A stretch of 64,000 nt of DNA. Source: Clostridia bacterium. Lineage in GTDB: Bacteria; Bacillota; Clostridia; Christensenellales; DTU072. The notes beneath the pieces were generated by a model. That model did no database searches. It saw only the letters and a list, made by a program, of their open reading frames with translations, and was not told the DNA's origin. Below, in pieces: positions 1 through 9,441 of the stretch. Every line of letters starts with the position of its first letter. Position 1 is the stretch's first letter. The position numbers and the translations under genes were made by a program. The stretch is from NCBI GenBank assembly GCA_028701415.1, contig JAQVQU010000001.1:1905-65904 (forward strand), given 5' to 3'.

Positions 1-54
1 AGTGTTACCCATTTTTAAGGCGTCCATTAGTAAAGTATCTTTTGTAATTTTCAT
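1..54 (-). CDS. 5' end of a CDS that continues past the left window edge (product not assignable from 18 codons)
   Basis: Minus-strand ATG at 54-52 preceded by GGAGG (64-60, 5-nt spacer). It reads MKITKDTLLMDALKMGNT and stays open to position 1. Confidence 0.4.
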   Translation of the reverse strand, partial: MKITKDTLLMDALKMGNT

Positions 55-132
55 TTTTTCCTCCAATTAATTATGGTATTCGTAGTATATAACATGTGTA
101 CTTTAATTGACAACCATTTTTCCATCAAACAA

Positions 133-1089
133 CTACGTGAATAGGGTCAAAGCTGTAGGTATTGTTATTATGGAAATTAAAGTAGAAATAATAACCATTT
201 TTGCGGGCAATTTTGTCGGTTTTCCTAATCTTGAGCAAAACATCATAATATTGTTTGCAGAAGGGACTGCTGCTATAGTGATTAAATTTACTTTTAAAGG
301 TGACATATCATAAAATAATGAGATAAGCAGAATTAAACAGAAAGCTAGAATTGGGGAGATAATTAAACGGATAAAGGAAGAAATATAAGGTTTTATGTCA
401 GTAAAAAGCTCTTTAAAATTCATGTCTGATAATTCAATCCCCACAAGGGTCATTGCCAGTGGCCCAACCATAGTGGAGAAAAATTCGATGGAATTATGAA
501 GTCCTGTCAAAGGGTATTTTACAAAATTTATATTGAAAAGGTATAAAGGCAAAACAATAAGAAATGACAAAGTAGCAGGGTTTAAAAAAGCTTTTTTTAT
601 GTTCATCGTTTTTTTGTCTCCGGTAAGAACATATACGCCAAAGGTCCATGAAACAAGGTTAAACGCTGTAATGCCTGCTGTCGCGTATAATAAAACCAAA
701 GGATTCCCTGGAAACAATAGTTGAAGGAAGGGGATTGCCATATATCCAGCATTCCCAAAAGCGCCTGCGTAAGAGACCATTCTTTTTTCATCAGAGTCAA
801 CTTTTTTCAGAAGTAAATAGGAGATAAATTTCCCAATGAAGGCTAAAGAAATAATTAAGATTGAAACAAAGATAAAAACAACAACTAAATTAATGACAAC
901 GGAGGGATCGTAGTTTTGTTTAAGAAAAGAATTGATTGTAACAAAAGGGGTGCATACATATAGTAAAAGAACGGAAATAAAAGATACCGCCTGTTCTTTA
1001 ACAATCATATGTCTCTTAGCTATAATAAAACCTGGAATAGCCATAAATAAGAGCAATGCAACGCTTTCGAAACTAGCTTTAAATAACAT
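133..1089 (-). CDS. AEC (auxin efflux carrier) family membrane transporter
   Basis: 318-aa ORF that is hydrophobic throughout with multiple predicted TM helices. The sequence style is typical of AEC permeases. Its start overlaps the stop of the upstream ORF (TAATG at 1089). Confidence 0.75.
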   Translation of the reverse strand: MLFKASFESVALLLFMAIPGFIIAKRHMIVKEQAVSFISVLLLYVCTPFVTINSFLKQNYDPSVVINLVVVFIFVSILIISLAFIGKFISYLLLKKVDSDEKRMVSYAGAFGNAGYMAIPFLQLLFPGNPLVLLYATAGITAFNLVSWTFGVYVLTGDKKTMNIKKAFLNPATLSFLIVLPLYLFNINFVKYPLTGLHNSIEFFSTMVGPLAMTLVGIELSDMNFKELFTDIKPYISSFIRLIISPILAFCLILLISLFYDMSPLKVNLITIAAVPSANNIMMFCSRLGKPTKLPAKMVIISTLISIITIPTALTLFT

Positions 1090-1826
1090 TATTTTATAAC
1101 TCCAAATTTTTCTAAAAGAAGTTGCAACTCTTTAATCTCCCGTAGGCAATTATTAGTCTTGATGAGAGTATGATATAGTCCAATCCACATGGCATCCAAT
1201 ATAATTGGGTCATCATTATCTATTACGTGAAGAAATCCTTTAAGAAGCTTCAAACAATCATTTCTTAGCGTTTCAGAAATAAAATTGTCTCCAATAACCG
1301 AGTCAATCATTAAATTTATCCAATAAGAACATTCATCTTTTGTTTTGTCCGGAATAGATGAAGTAATAGTGGGTTCAGGAGCTGATACTTCGCTACTAGG
1401 ATTAATAGCTACGCCTAGATATAAATTTTTAAAACTAATCTCAAGAGGTCTAATAATACAGTCGCAAAATTTAACATAAGAGTCGTGAGGTTTGACACCT
1501 GGGAAGAAATTATTTATAAAATCAGTGGGAGAAATATTGGATTTATCAAACTCGAAGAGCAACCCAACGATTAAGGAAACTATTTGAATGTCTGATTTAG
1601 GAAGGGAGAATCTTGCTTCGTTGGAATTATTGTGAAAAAGAGCCTTTTTGTATTCTGATCTAAACGGAGCGGTTCTAGCACATTCTCCTATTATGGAAAA
1701 ATAATCAGGCCTAGAGACTAATATGTTGAGTATGTTTGAAATTGGTTTTTCTATTAGTATTAGACGAGAAGAAAAAAATAAATTAATTGATTCTTGAAAC
1801 ATCACAAGGTCTTTATTCATTTCCAT
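1089..1826 (-). CDS. hypothetical protein (245 aa), translationally coupled to the AEC permease
   Basis: Long uninterrupted ORF in an AT-rich genome. Its stop overlaps the AEC start codon. I recognise no family motif. Confidence 0.6.
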   Translation of the reverse strand: MEMNKDLVMFQESINLFFSSRLILIEKPISNILNILVSRPDYFSIIGECARTAPFRSEYKKALFHNNSNEARFSLPKSDIQIVSLIVGLLFEFDKSNISPTDFINNFFPGVKPHDSYVKFCDCIIRPLEISFKNLYLGVAINPSSEVSAPEPTITSSIPDKTKDECSYWINLMIDSVIGDNFISETLRNDCLKLLKGFLHVIDNDDPIILDAMWIGLYHTLIKTNNCLREIKELQLLLEKFGVIK

Positions 1827-1882
1827 TATCGAACCTCTTATCTATTGATTGATAAATAATAACACACAATTTTTCAAATGTC

Positions 1883-1911
1883 TTGCAATTAGATTTTTTA
1901 CATTGTATAAT
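1883..1911 (+). promoter_or_regulatory. sigma-A-type promoter for the crp/fnr-like gene
   Basis: TTGCAA (1883-1888), 17-nt spacer, TATAAT (1906-1911). Confidence 0.45.
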
Positions 1912-1962
1912 TAACTAAATTTTGTTGCCTAGGATACATCTTTTTTTAGGGGATTTTTTTGG

Positions 1963-2655
1963 ATGAATATTATTAAATTAATAAAAAAGAATGAGCTTTT
2001 CAAGAACTTTGACGATAAGGAAATTAACTCCATATTCGATTGTTTAAAGGGTAGAATCCTTAAATGCTCCAGAGGTAAAATTCTTTGTGAACAAGGAGCT
2101 TTGGTTGAAGAAATAGGCATTATTCTAGAAGGATCTGCAGTTAAATTTATCACAAAAGCTAATGGCTCAAAGGAAGTTGAGGAAATATTAAACGCAGGAG
2201 ATATGTTCGGTGAGATAGATGGATACAGCGTTGAAAGAAATTCTAGATTTTCTATAGTTGCTGCAGAAGATGCTACTGTTTTATATATCACTGTATCAAC
2301 AATAGTAAAACAGTGTGAAAAGACTTGTTCCTTCCATCAAAAATTACTTGAGAACACTTTAGAATACATGGCAAAAAAGATTCTTGGCATGCGAAAGGAT
2401 GCCGAATATTTATCTATAAAGAGTATGCGCCTTAAAATCGCCAAATTAATATACGAAAAGTACTTGGAACAAGGAACTACAAATGTTTCTTTGGGAATTA
2501 ATCGTAATGAAATGGCAGAGTATTTAAATGTCTCTAGGCCATCGATGTCCCGTGAGATGATAAAAATGAGAGAGGAAGGCATGTTTGATTTCTGGAAGGA
2601 CAAGATCACGATTAAGAACTTAGACGCTCTTGTTGCTATAGTAAACGCAAAATGA
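1963..2655 (+). CDS. Crp/Fnr family transcriptional regulator
   Basis: 230 aa. N-terminal cNMP-binding-like barrel (…GDMFGEI…) and C-terminal HTH (…NRNEMAEYLNVSRPSMSREMIKM…). Confidence 0.8.
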   Translation: MNIIKLIKKNELFKNFDDKEINSIFDCLKGRILKCSRGKILCEQGALVEEIGIILEGSAVKFITKANGSKEVEEILNAGDMFGEIDGYSVERNSRFSIVAAEDATVLYITVSTIVKQCEKTCSFHQKLLENTLEYMAKKILGMRKDAEYLSIKSMRLKIAKLIYEKYLEQGTTNVSLGINRNEMAEYLNVSRPSMSREMIKMREEGMFDFWKDKITIKNLDALVAIVNAK

Positions 2656-3575
2656 GACCTGAAATTGCAGTTTTTATATATATTTTATCAGGGATAATTG
2701 CTTTTTTTCTAGTTTGTTTATTATCATTTTTCCTGATTGTTTTTCATTATTTAAAAATGCTAGTTCACCCCCAAAAAAGAACTTTTGAAGAACTCATTGA
2801 ATATGAAGTTAAAGAAAAGAACTTTAACCGAAAATGGCTAGAAATACCTTTCTTAGAGATGAGAACAACCTCTGTATATGGTTACAATTTATTTGGACGT
2901 TTTTACCAGAAAAAAAATCATAATTCTTCCAAAATAATGCTATCTCTACATGGGCATAATTCCTGCTCTGTTTCTCAAATGAAATATCTTGATATGTTTT
3001 TTGAAGGCGGATTTAATGTTTTTATTCCAGACCATAGATATAGTGGTTTCAGCGAGGGGCCCTCAGTAACCTTTGGCATAAAAGAAAAGACAGATGTCAT
3101 AACTTGGATGGATGTTCTTCAAGAGAAATATCCTGAGGCTGAGTTTTATGTTTTTGGAGAAAGTATGGGTGCTGCTACTGGAATCATGGTATCGGCTGAG
3201 GATAAAAGAGTGAAAAAATTAGTGGAATATTGCGGTTTTGCAAATATACCTACTTTGATGAAACAACATATAAAAAATGATTTTTTAATTTATAAATTAT
3301 TTTGGCCTGCGATGAGGTTGCTATGTAAAATTATTTACAGATTTGATTTAGGCAAAAGCGATCCACTAGGTGCTATAGAAAAAATTGGTGTTCCAGTATT
3401 GATAATGCACAGTAAAGCAGATAGTGTTGTAGGGTATGAGAACGCAATGTTATTGAAAAATGCTAAGATGGAAGCTGACTTTGTTTCTTTTTCCGATAGT
3501 ATTCATGCTAGATCTATGGTTAAATATCCCGAGGAGTTTAAAGGAGCTGTACTGGAATTTCTTTCAAGGGATTAG
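2652..3575 (+). CDS. membrane-anchored alpha/beta-fold hydrolase
   Basis: 307 aa with an N-terminal TM helix and a GESMG nucleophile elbow (GxSxG). A later Asp (SKADSVV) and His (SIHARS) fit a Ser-Asp-His triad. ATGA overlap with the upstream gene. Confidence 0.8.
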   Translation: MRPEIAVFIYILSGIIAFFLVCLLSFFLIVFHYLKMLVHPQKRTFEELIEYEVKEKNFNRKWLEIPFLEMRTTSVYGYNLFGRFYQKKNHNSSKIMLSLHGHNSCSVSQMKYLDMFFEGGFNVFIPDHRYSGFSEGPSVTFGIKEKTDVITWMDVLQEKYPEAEFYVFGESMGAATGIMVSAEDKRVKKLVEYCGFANIPTLMKQHIKNDFLIYKLFWPAMRLLCKIIYRFDLGKSDPLGAIEKIGVPVLIMHSKADSVVGYENAMLLKNAKMEADFVSFSDSIHARSMVKYPEEFKGAVLEFLSRD

Positions 3576-3699
3576 AGGACCTAATTTTTGATAGAATATG
3601 TGTTTGAGAAGTATAGTGGTTTAGTTTTTGCAAATCCACAATATGAAGTATAAACTATAAAATTAAATGAAAAAAATTAGAAAACTAATATTTTTTTGT

Positions 3700-3728
3700 T
3701 TGACAAGGGTAATTCTAATTGATATTAT
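3700..3728 (+). promoter_or_regulatory. sigma-A-type promoter of the S10 ribosomal operon
   Basis: TTGACA (3700-3705), 17-nt spacer, TATTAT (3723-3728) preceded by TGa (extended -10). It lies about 180 nt upstream of rpsJ. Confidence 0.6.
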
Positions 3729-3906
3729 ATGTCAGTTGCGTAAAAACGCCAGATTTAACTATTGAATATTGCATTCCGTTTGAGTGTTAATTCCGTGTAA
3801 GAGAATAGTTAACATATTTAGGGCTGAGAAGCCTTTTATTTAGAAGGCAGTTTGACACACACGGACTAGTGTATAATAAATTGATTAATTTCAGGAGGAG
3901 ACAATC

Positions 3907-4215
3907 ATGGCAGGTCAAAAGATCAGGATTAAGTTGAAAGCTTATGACCACAATTTAATTGATGCATCATGCGAGAAAATTGTAGTGGCTGCAAAGGAAA
4001 CTGGGGCAAGCGTGTCTGGCCCGATTCCGTTGCCAACACAAAAAGAAATAGTCACTATTCTTAGATCGCCCCATAAGCACAAAGATAGTAGAGAACAATT
4101 TGAATTACGCACTCACAAGCGCGTAATCGATATATATAACAGCACATCAAAAACGGTTCAACAATTAATGAAAATGGACCTTCCCGGTGGCGTTGATATC
4201 CAAATCAAATTATAA
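3907..4215 (+). CDS. rpsJ: 30S ribosomal protein S10 (uS10)
   Basis: 102 aa with conserved uS10 sequence ([10 protein letters not shown]…SGPIPLPT). SD GGAGGAG upstream. First gene in the canonical S10-operon order. Confidence 0.97.
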   Translation: MAGQKIRIKLKAYDHNLIDASCEKIVVAAKETGASVSGPIPLPTQKEIVTILRSPHKHKDSREQFELRTHKRVIDIYNSTSKTVQQLMKMDLPGGVDIQIKL

Positions 4216-4227
4216 AGGAGGCTCATT

Positions 4228-4881
4228 ATGCAAAAGGCAATCATTGGAAAAAAGCTTGGCATGAGCCAAATATTTACTGCTGATGGCACGATTATTCCAG
4301 TATCTGTTATTCTTGCGGGACCCTGCACAGTTGTACAGGTTAAAACTGCAGAAAAAGATGGTTATTCTGCCGTAAAAGTTGGATTTGAAGAAGTTGCACC
4401 TGAAAAATTGAATAAACCTAATGCGGGACAGTTTAAAAAATCAAATTTAACAGCCAACAAGGTTTTGAGAGAATTGAAGTTGGACAATAGCGCTGATTAT
4501 TCCGTAGGTGACAAAATTGGATGTTCTCTATTTTCCGTTGGTGATCATGTTGATGTGACTGGGAATACAAGAGGAAGAGGATTTACAGGAACTATCCAGA
4601 GATGGGGGACCCACAGGGGCCCTATGGCACATGGCTCCGGATATCATAGGGGAGTAGGATCTCTTTCCGCTAATAGTAGTCCTTCTAGAGTTTTTAAAAA
4701 CAAAAAAATGCCTGGTCAATACGGGAACGAAAAGGTAACTATACAAAACCTGGAAGTGGTAAGAGTTGATGAAGCAAGAAACGTATTGTTGATTTCGGGT
4801 GGAATACCAGGACCTAAAGGTTCCATAGTTTCCGTGAAATCTTCGTGCAAGTCTTCTTCCGGCTCGAGATGGATTAAATAA
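4228..4881 (+). CDS. rplC: 50S ribosomal protein L3 (uL3)
   Basis: 217 aa uL3 sequence (…VTGNTRGRGFTGTIQRW…). SD AGGAGG. Operon position fits. Confidence 0.97.
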   Translation: MQKAIIGKKLGMSQIFTADGTIIPVSVILAGPCTVVQVKTAEKDGYSAVKVGFEEVAPEKLNKPNAGQFKKSNLTANKVLRELKLDNSADYSVGDKIGCSLFSVGDHVDVTGNTRGRGFTGTIQRWGTHRGPMAHGSGYHRGVGSLSANSSPSRVFKNKKMPGQYGNEKVTIQNLEVVRVDEARNVLLISGGIPGPKGSIVSVKSSCKSSSGSRWIK

Positions 4882-4898
4882 TAGCGAGGAGTAGAGTC

Positions 4899-5519
4899 AT
4901 GATAAATTTTAAATTAATGGACACAAAGGGAAATGAATCTGGAAATATTGAATTAAACGAAAATGTTTTCAATCAACCTTACAATGAGGCTCTCATTCAT
5001 CAAGTAGTAGTTGCACAACTTGCAAACAAAAGGCAGGGAACCAAGTGTTCTTTAACTCGTGCTGAGGTTCGTGGGGGTGGAGCTAAGCCTTGGAGACAAA
5101 AGGGTACTGGGAGAGCTAGACAAGGGAGCATCAGATCCCCTCAATGGTATCATGGTGGAGTTGTATTTGCTCCGAAGCCAAGAGATTTTTCTAAAAAAAT
5201 TAATGTAAAAATGAAGTCAGCCGCTTTTTGTAGTGCTATAAGCCAAAAATTAAGAGATGGGAATGTAATTATTCTTGATGAATTGGAAATAAGTGAGCCT
5301 AAGACAAAATTGATGGCGGAGATATTAAAAAATATCGGAGTAGAAAAAACAGCTCTTATGGTTATGCAAGATAATAAAAATGTATTAAGAGCGGGTAGAA
5401 ATATAGAAGGTATAAGTATGATTAACGTAAATACAATAAACGTTTACGATATTTTACGCTTTCAAAAACTAGTCTTGACCGCTGAAGCCGTTAAGTCTAT
5501 CACGGAGGTTTACGCATAA
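4899..5519 (+). CDS. rplD: 50S ribosomal protein L4 (uL4)
   Basis: 206 aa uL4 sequence (…PWRQKGTGRARQGS…). SD GAGGAG. Confidence 0.97.
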   Translation: MINFKLMDTKGNESGNIELNENVFNQPYNEALIHQVVVAQLANKRQGTKCSLTRAEVRGGGAKPWRQKGTGRARQGSIRSPQWYHGGVVFAPKPRDFSKKINVKMKSAAFCSAISQKLRDGNVIILDELEISEPKTKLMAEILKNIGVEKTALMVMQDNKNVLRAGRNIEGISMINVNTINVYDILRFQKLVLTAEAVKSITEVYA

Positions 5520-5809
5520 TGAATTCATACGATATTATTGTTAAGCCTATTTTGTCTGAAAAAAGTAATGCAGGAATTCCAAACAAAGTATATACTTTCG
5601 AAGTTTCCGAATCAGCAACTAAAACTCAGATTAAGATGGCGGTAGAAGAGATTTTTAGTGTTAAAGTAATTAAGGTTAATACCGTAAACTACGATGGCAA
5701 AGTTAAGAGGAGAGGTCGTACTTCTGGTAGGACTCCTTCTTACAAAAAAGCATACGTAACATTGAGTGTTGATAGTAAACCTATAGAATTACTTGAGAAT
5801 TTGGCGTAA
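5519..5809 (+). CDS. rplW: 50S ribosomal protein L23 (uL23)
   Basis: 96 aa uL23. Start overlaps the rplD stop (TAATG). Confidence 0.95.
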   Translation: MNSYDIIVKPILSEKSNAGIPNKVYTFEVSESATKTQIKMAVEEIFSVKVIKVNTVNYDGKVKRRGRTSGRTPSYKKAYVTLSVDSKPIELLENLA

Positions 5810-5824
5810 TAGGAGGCAGAATCG

Positions 5825-6655
5825 ATGGGAGTAAAAAGATATAAACCAACAACCCCTGGGCGCCGTGGAATGAGTGTGTTAGATTTTTCGCACATCACTA
5901 CTACGGAACCTGAAAAAAGTTTACTAGTGAGTAAAAATAGTAATGCTGGTAGAAATGCAAACGGTAGAATAACTGTTAGGCATCAAGGTGGTGGTAACCG
6001 GGTTAAATATAGAATCATTGATTTTAAAAGAGATAAGGATGGTATTCCAGCAAAAGTTGCAACTATTGAATACGATCCAAATCGTACTGCAAATATTGCT
6101 CTTCTGAACTATGCTGATGGTGAGAAAAGATATATACTAGCTCCCTTGGGACTTAGTGTTGGGGATGAGATTATTAGTGGGACAGAAGGAGTGGACATAA
6201 AGACTGGAAATACACTTCCCTTGGCTAATATCCCAGTGGGTACAATGATTCACAATATTGAACTCCAGCCCAAAAGAGGGGGACAAATTGCACGCTCAGC
6301 GGGAGCTTCTGCTCAGCTTATGGCTAAAGAAGGAGGAAAAGCAACCCTTCGTATGCCAAGTGGTGAGATGAGATATGTTCCAGTACAATGTAGAGCTACA
6401 ATTGGACAAATAGGCAATCTTGATTATGAGAACGTAAGTTTGGGAAAAGCCGGAAGGCACAGACACATGGGTGTTAGACCGTCGGTTCGAGGTGTTGTAA
6501 TGAATCCTTGCGATCACCCACATGGTGGTGGAGAAGGCAAGTCTCCTATAGGGATGCCTTCACCCGTTACTCCTTGGGGCGTACCTACTCTTGGATACAA
6601 GACAAGGAATAAAAAAGCACGCTCAAATAAAATGATTATTAAACGTATCAACTAG
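5825..6655 (+). CDS. rplB: 50S ribosomal protein L2 (uL2)
   Basis: 276 aa uL2 sequence (…[13 protein letters not shown]…). SD AGGAGG. Confidence 0.98.
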   Translation: MGVKRYKPTTPGRRGMSVLDFSHITTTEPEKSLLVSKNSNAGRNANGRITVRHQGGGNRVKYRIIDFKRDKDGIPAKVATIEYDPNRTANIALLNYADGEKRYILAPLGLSVGDEIISGTEGVDIKTGNTLPLANIPVGTMIHNIELQPKRGGQIARSAGASAQLMAKEGGKATLRMPSGEMRYVPVQCRATIGQIGNLDYENVSLGKAGRHRHMGVRPSVRGVVMNPCDHPHGGGEGKSPIGMPSPVTPWGVPTLGYKTRNKKARSNKMIIKRIN

Positions 6656-6666
6656 GAGGAATAAGT

Positions 6667-6954
6667 ATGAGCAGATCTATAAAAAAAGGGCCATTTGTTG
6701 CCGATCATCTTATGAAGAAAGTTGAGGCTATGAATGCTTCTGGAGACAAAAAACCAATTAAGACTTGGTCGAGGTCTTCCACAATTTTTCCTCAATTTGT
6801 TGGACACACTTTTGCAGTGCATGATGGAAAAAAACATGTTGCAGTGTATGTTACTGAAGATATGGTTGGGTTGAAGCTTGGTGAGTTTGCCCCAACAAGA
6901 ACTTTCCGTGGGCACGGAGGAGCAAAATCAACCGCTCCGGCACCGAAGAAGTAG
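6667..6954 (+). CDS. rpsS: 30S ribosomal protein S19 (uS19)
   Basis: 95 aa uS19 sequence (…[13 protein letters not shown]…). SD AGGAGG. Confidence 0.97.
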   Translation: MSRSIKKGPFVADHLMKKVEAMNASGDKKPIKTWSRSSTIFPQFVGHTFAVHDGKKHVAVYVTEDMVGLKLGEFAPTRTFRGHGGAKSTAPAPKK

Positions 6955-6963
6955 GAGGGACAT

Positions 6964-7353
6964 ATGGCTACTAGAATCAGAGAGAAAACAAAAGCGCGCG
7001 AGGAATCTAAGGATACAAGACCTCAAGCAAAAGCAAAGTATATTAGAATATCTGCAAATAAAGTGAATGCGACTTTGGCCCTAATTCGAGGGAAAAAGTA
7101 TACGGAAGCTGTTGCTATTCTTAACAATTTAAATAAGTCTTCTAGCGAACCAGTATTAAAGGCACTTAATTCTGCAGCAGCAAATGCAGAAAATAATCTA
7201 AACATGAATAAAGACTCATTAGTTGTTGCAAAAGCGGTTGCTGAACAGGGGCCTACTCTAAAAAGATTTAGAGCAAGGGCAAAGGGCCGAGGAGCAAGAA
7301 TATTGAAACGTACAAGCCATATTTCAGTTGTGCTTGCAGAGATTCAAGGATAG
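6964..7353 (+). CDS. rplV: 50S ribosomal protein L22 (uL22)
   Basis: 129 aa uL22 sequence (…RFRARAKGRGARILKRTSHI…). SD AGGAGG. Confidence 0.96.
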   Translation: MATRIREKTKAREESKDTRPQAKAKYIRISANKVNATLALIRGKKYTEAVAILNNLNKSSSEPVLKALNSAAANAENNLNMNKDSLVVAKAVAEQGPTLKRFRARAKGRGARILKRTSHISVVLAEIQG

Positions 7354-7367
7354 GAGGATAGAGAGAA

Positions 7368-8090
7368 ATGGGACAAAAGATTAATCCGACAGGCTTTAGA
7401 GTTGGTGTCATATATCCTTTCAACAGTACTTGGTACGCTGGCAAGAGGGATTTTGGTAAGTTTCTAAAAGAGGATTATTTAATTCGAGACTATATTAAGA
7501 AAAATTATTACGAGGCAGCTATTTCAAAGATAATTATCGAGAGAGCTGCGGAAAATATAAAAATCGATGTATATTGTGGAAGAGTTGGTGTAGCTGTTGG
7601 GAAAAAACTTGATGCAAGAAGTAACACTGGAGATCAAAATCAGTCTTCTTCACAACAAACTTCATCTAATGAAAAGGGCATTAATGATATCAATAATGCT
7701 ATCAGAAAGATAGTTGGAAAAGATAGGAATTTTAATGTTAATATTCACGAGATAAAGAACACCGACCTAGATGCCCAATTAGTAGCCGAGAATATAGCGG
7801 CTCAATTAGAGAAAAGGACCCCCTTTCGTAGAGCGATGAAGGGTGCTATGAGTAGAACGCTTAAGGCTGGAGCAAAGGGAATTAAAGCAATGGTCAGCGG
7901 TAGATTAGATGGAAATGAGATTGCTAGGTCAGAAAGTTATCATGAGGGATCTATCCCTTTACAGACTATGAGAGCTGATATAGATTACGGTTTTTCGAAA
8001 GCTCAGACTACTTACGGAGTGTTAGGCGTAAAAGTTTGGATATACAAGGGAGAGATTTTCGAGAAATCAGGAAAAGGAGGTAATAACTAA
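7368..8090 (+). CDS. rpsC: 30S ribosomal protein S3 (uS3), with an insertion in the KH-domain loop
   Basis: 240 aa uS3 sequence ([11 protein letters not shown]…, …[17 protein letters not shown]…). SD GGAGG. Carries an extra 23 aa after GKK (see findings). Confidence 0.96.
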   Translation: MGQKINPTGFRVGVIYPFNSTWYAGKRDFGKFLKEDYLIRDYIKKNYYEAAISKIIIERAAENIKIDVYCGRVGVAVGKKLDARSNTGDQNQSSSQQTSSNEKGINDINNAIRKIVGKDRNFNVNIHEIKNTDLDAQLVAENIAAQLEKRTPFRRAMKGAMSRTLKAGAKGIKAMVSGRLDGNEIARSESYHEGSIPLQTMRADIDYGFSKAQTTYGVLGVKVWIYKGEIFEKSGKGGNN

Positions 8091-8091
8091 T

Positions 8092-8526
8092 ATGTTAATG
8101 CCTAAGAGAGTAAAAAGAAGAAAACAGCACCTTACTAAAACCAAGGGAAGAGCTGGAGTTGGGAACAAAATAGCTTATGGAGAATTTGGATTGGTTGCAC
8201 TTGAACCAGGAAGAATTACAAGTAATCAAATTGAGGCAGCTCGTGTAGCTATGACAAGGTATATTAAACGTGGTGGAAAAGTTTGGGTTAATATCTTCCC
8301 CCACATGTCTGTAACTCAGAAACCTGCGGAGACCCGTATGGGAAGCGGAAAAGGAACCCCAGAATATTGGATAGCTGTAGTTAAACCCGATAGAGTATTA
8401 TTTGAGATGGGGGGAATTACTGAAGAACTTGCAAGAGAGGCCCTTAGATTAGCTGCACAAAAACTTCCAATAAAGTGCAAGTTTGCAAAGAAGACTGATT
8501 TAGTGGAACAAGGCGGTGAAGCATAA
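8092..8526 (+). CDS. rplP: 50S ribosomal protein L16 (uL16)
   Basis: 144 aa uL16 sequence ([11 protein letters not shown]…). SD AGGAGG. Confidence 0.97.
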   Translation: MLMPKRVKRRKQHLTKTKGRAGVGNKIAYGEFGLVALEPGRITSNQIEAARVAMTRYIKRGGKVWVNIFPHMSVTQKPAETRMGSGKGTPEYWIAVVKPDRVLFEMGGITEELAREALRLAAQKLPIKCKFAKKTDLVEQGGEA

Positions 8527-8771
8527 TGAAATCAAATACTTTTTTTGAAATGACTAATGAAGAATTGAACAATAAAGTTCAAGAGTTAAAAAAACAACTG
8601 TTTGAGTTGCGCTTTAAACAATCCGTATCTAAGTTGTCCAACCCTTTAAGCATAAATGAATGTAAAAAGGATATAGCTAGAGCCCTAACAATTCTTCGTC
8701 AAAGACAACTCGGGATTTCCGAAGAACCTACGAAGACAGTTAAGAAAAAGACCACAAAGTCTAAGGCATAA
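8526..8771 (+). CDS. rpmC: 50S ribosomal protein L29 (uL29)
   Basis: 81 aa uL29 core (…ELRFKQ…) plus a short Lys-rich C-terminal extension. Start overlaps the rplP stop (TAATG). Confidence 0.93.
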   Translation: MKSNTFFEMTNEELNNKVQELKKQLFELRFKQSVSKLSNPLSINECKKDIARALTILRQRQLGISEEPTKTVKKKTTKSKA

Positions 8772-8786
8772 TCGGAGGAGTTTGAA

Positions 8787-9044
8787 ATGGAAGAAAGAAA
8801 TTTAAGAAAGACCAGAGTTGGTGTAGTTGTAAGTAATACAATGGATAAGACCATCGTAGTTAAGATTGAGAAGAGGACTAAGCATCCAGTTTACAAAAAG
8901 TACATTGTTAGATCAAAAAAATTGTATGCTCATGATGAAAACAATGAATGTACTGTTGGTGATATAGTTGAAGTAATGGAGACAAGGCCCCTTTCAAAAA
9001 TTAAACGGTGGCGTCTTGTCAGTATAGTTGAGAAAGCAAAATAG
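8787..9044 (+). CDS. rpsQ: 30S ribosomal protein S17 (uS17)
   Basis: 85 aa uS17 sequence (…[16 protein letters not shown]…HDENNEC…GD…). SD GGAGG. Confidence 0.96.
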   Translation: MEERNLRKTRVGVVVSNTMDKTIVVKIEKRTKHPVYKKYIVRSKKLYAHDENNECTVGDIVEVMETRPLSKIKRWRLVSIVEKAK

Positions 9045-9056
9045 GAGGCAATACAT

Positions 9057-9431
9057 ATGATACAACCTCAGACAAGATTGAAAGTTGCTGATAATACTGG
9101 TGCGAAAGAGATAATGTGTATACGGGTTCTTGGCGGATCATTTGTTAGAAGCGGTGGAATTGGAGATGTTATAGTAGCTTCTGTTAAAACAGCTACCCCT
9201 GGAGGAGTTGTGAAAAAAGGCGATGTAATAAAAGCCGTAATTGTAAGAACGCACAAAGAGTTGCAACGCAAGGATGGGACAGTAATTAGATTTGATGATA
9301 ACGCAGCTGTAATAATTGATAATCTCGTTCAAAAACAACCCAAGGGAACGCATATTTTTGGACCTATCGCTAGAGAATTAAGAGAAAAGGGATATATGAA
9401 AATTATCTCTCTTGCTCCTGAAGTAATATAG
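9057..9431 (+). CDS. rplN: 50S ribosomal protein L14 (uL14)
   Basis: 124 aa uL14 sequence ([18 protein letters not shown]…). SD AGGAGG. Confidence 0.98.
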   Translation: MIQPQTRLKVADNTGAKEIMCIRVLGGSFVRSGGIGDVIVASVKTATPGGVVKKGDVIKAVIVRTHKELQRKDGTVIRFDDNAAVIIDNLVQKQPKGTHIFGPIARELREKGYMKIISLAPEVI

Positions 9432-9441
9432 GAGGCATATA

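Noticed and set aside
3667-3765. 32-aa ORF (MKKIRKLIFFCLTRVILIDIICQLRKNARFNY) in the hydrolase-rpsJ gap.
   Set aside because: It has no SD, and it overlaps and runs through the S10 promoter. It is most likely a chance ORF.
3852-3877. Second promoter-like element in the S10 leader (TTGACA … TATAAT).
   Set aside because: The spacer is only 14 nt, too short for a functional sigma-A promoter. It is possibly fortuitous in AT-rich sequence.
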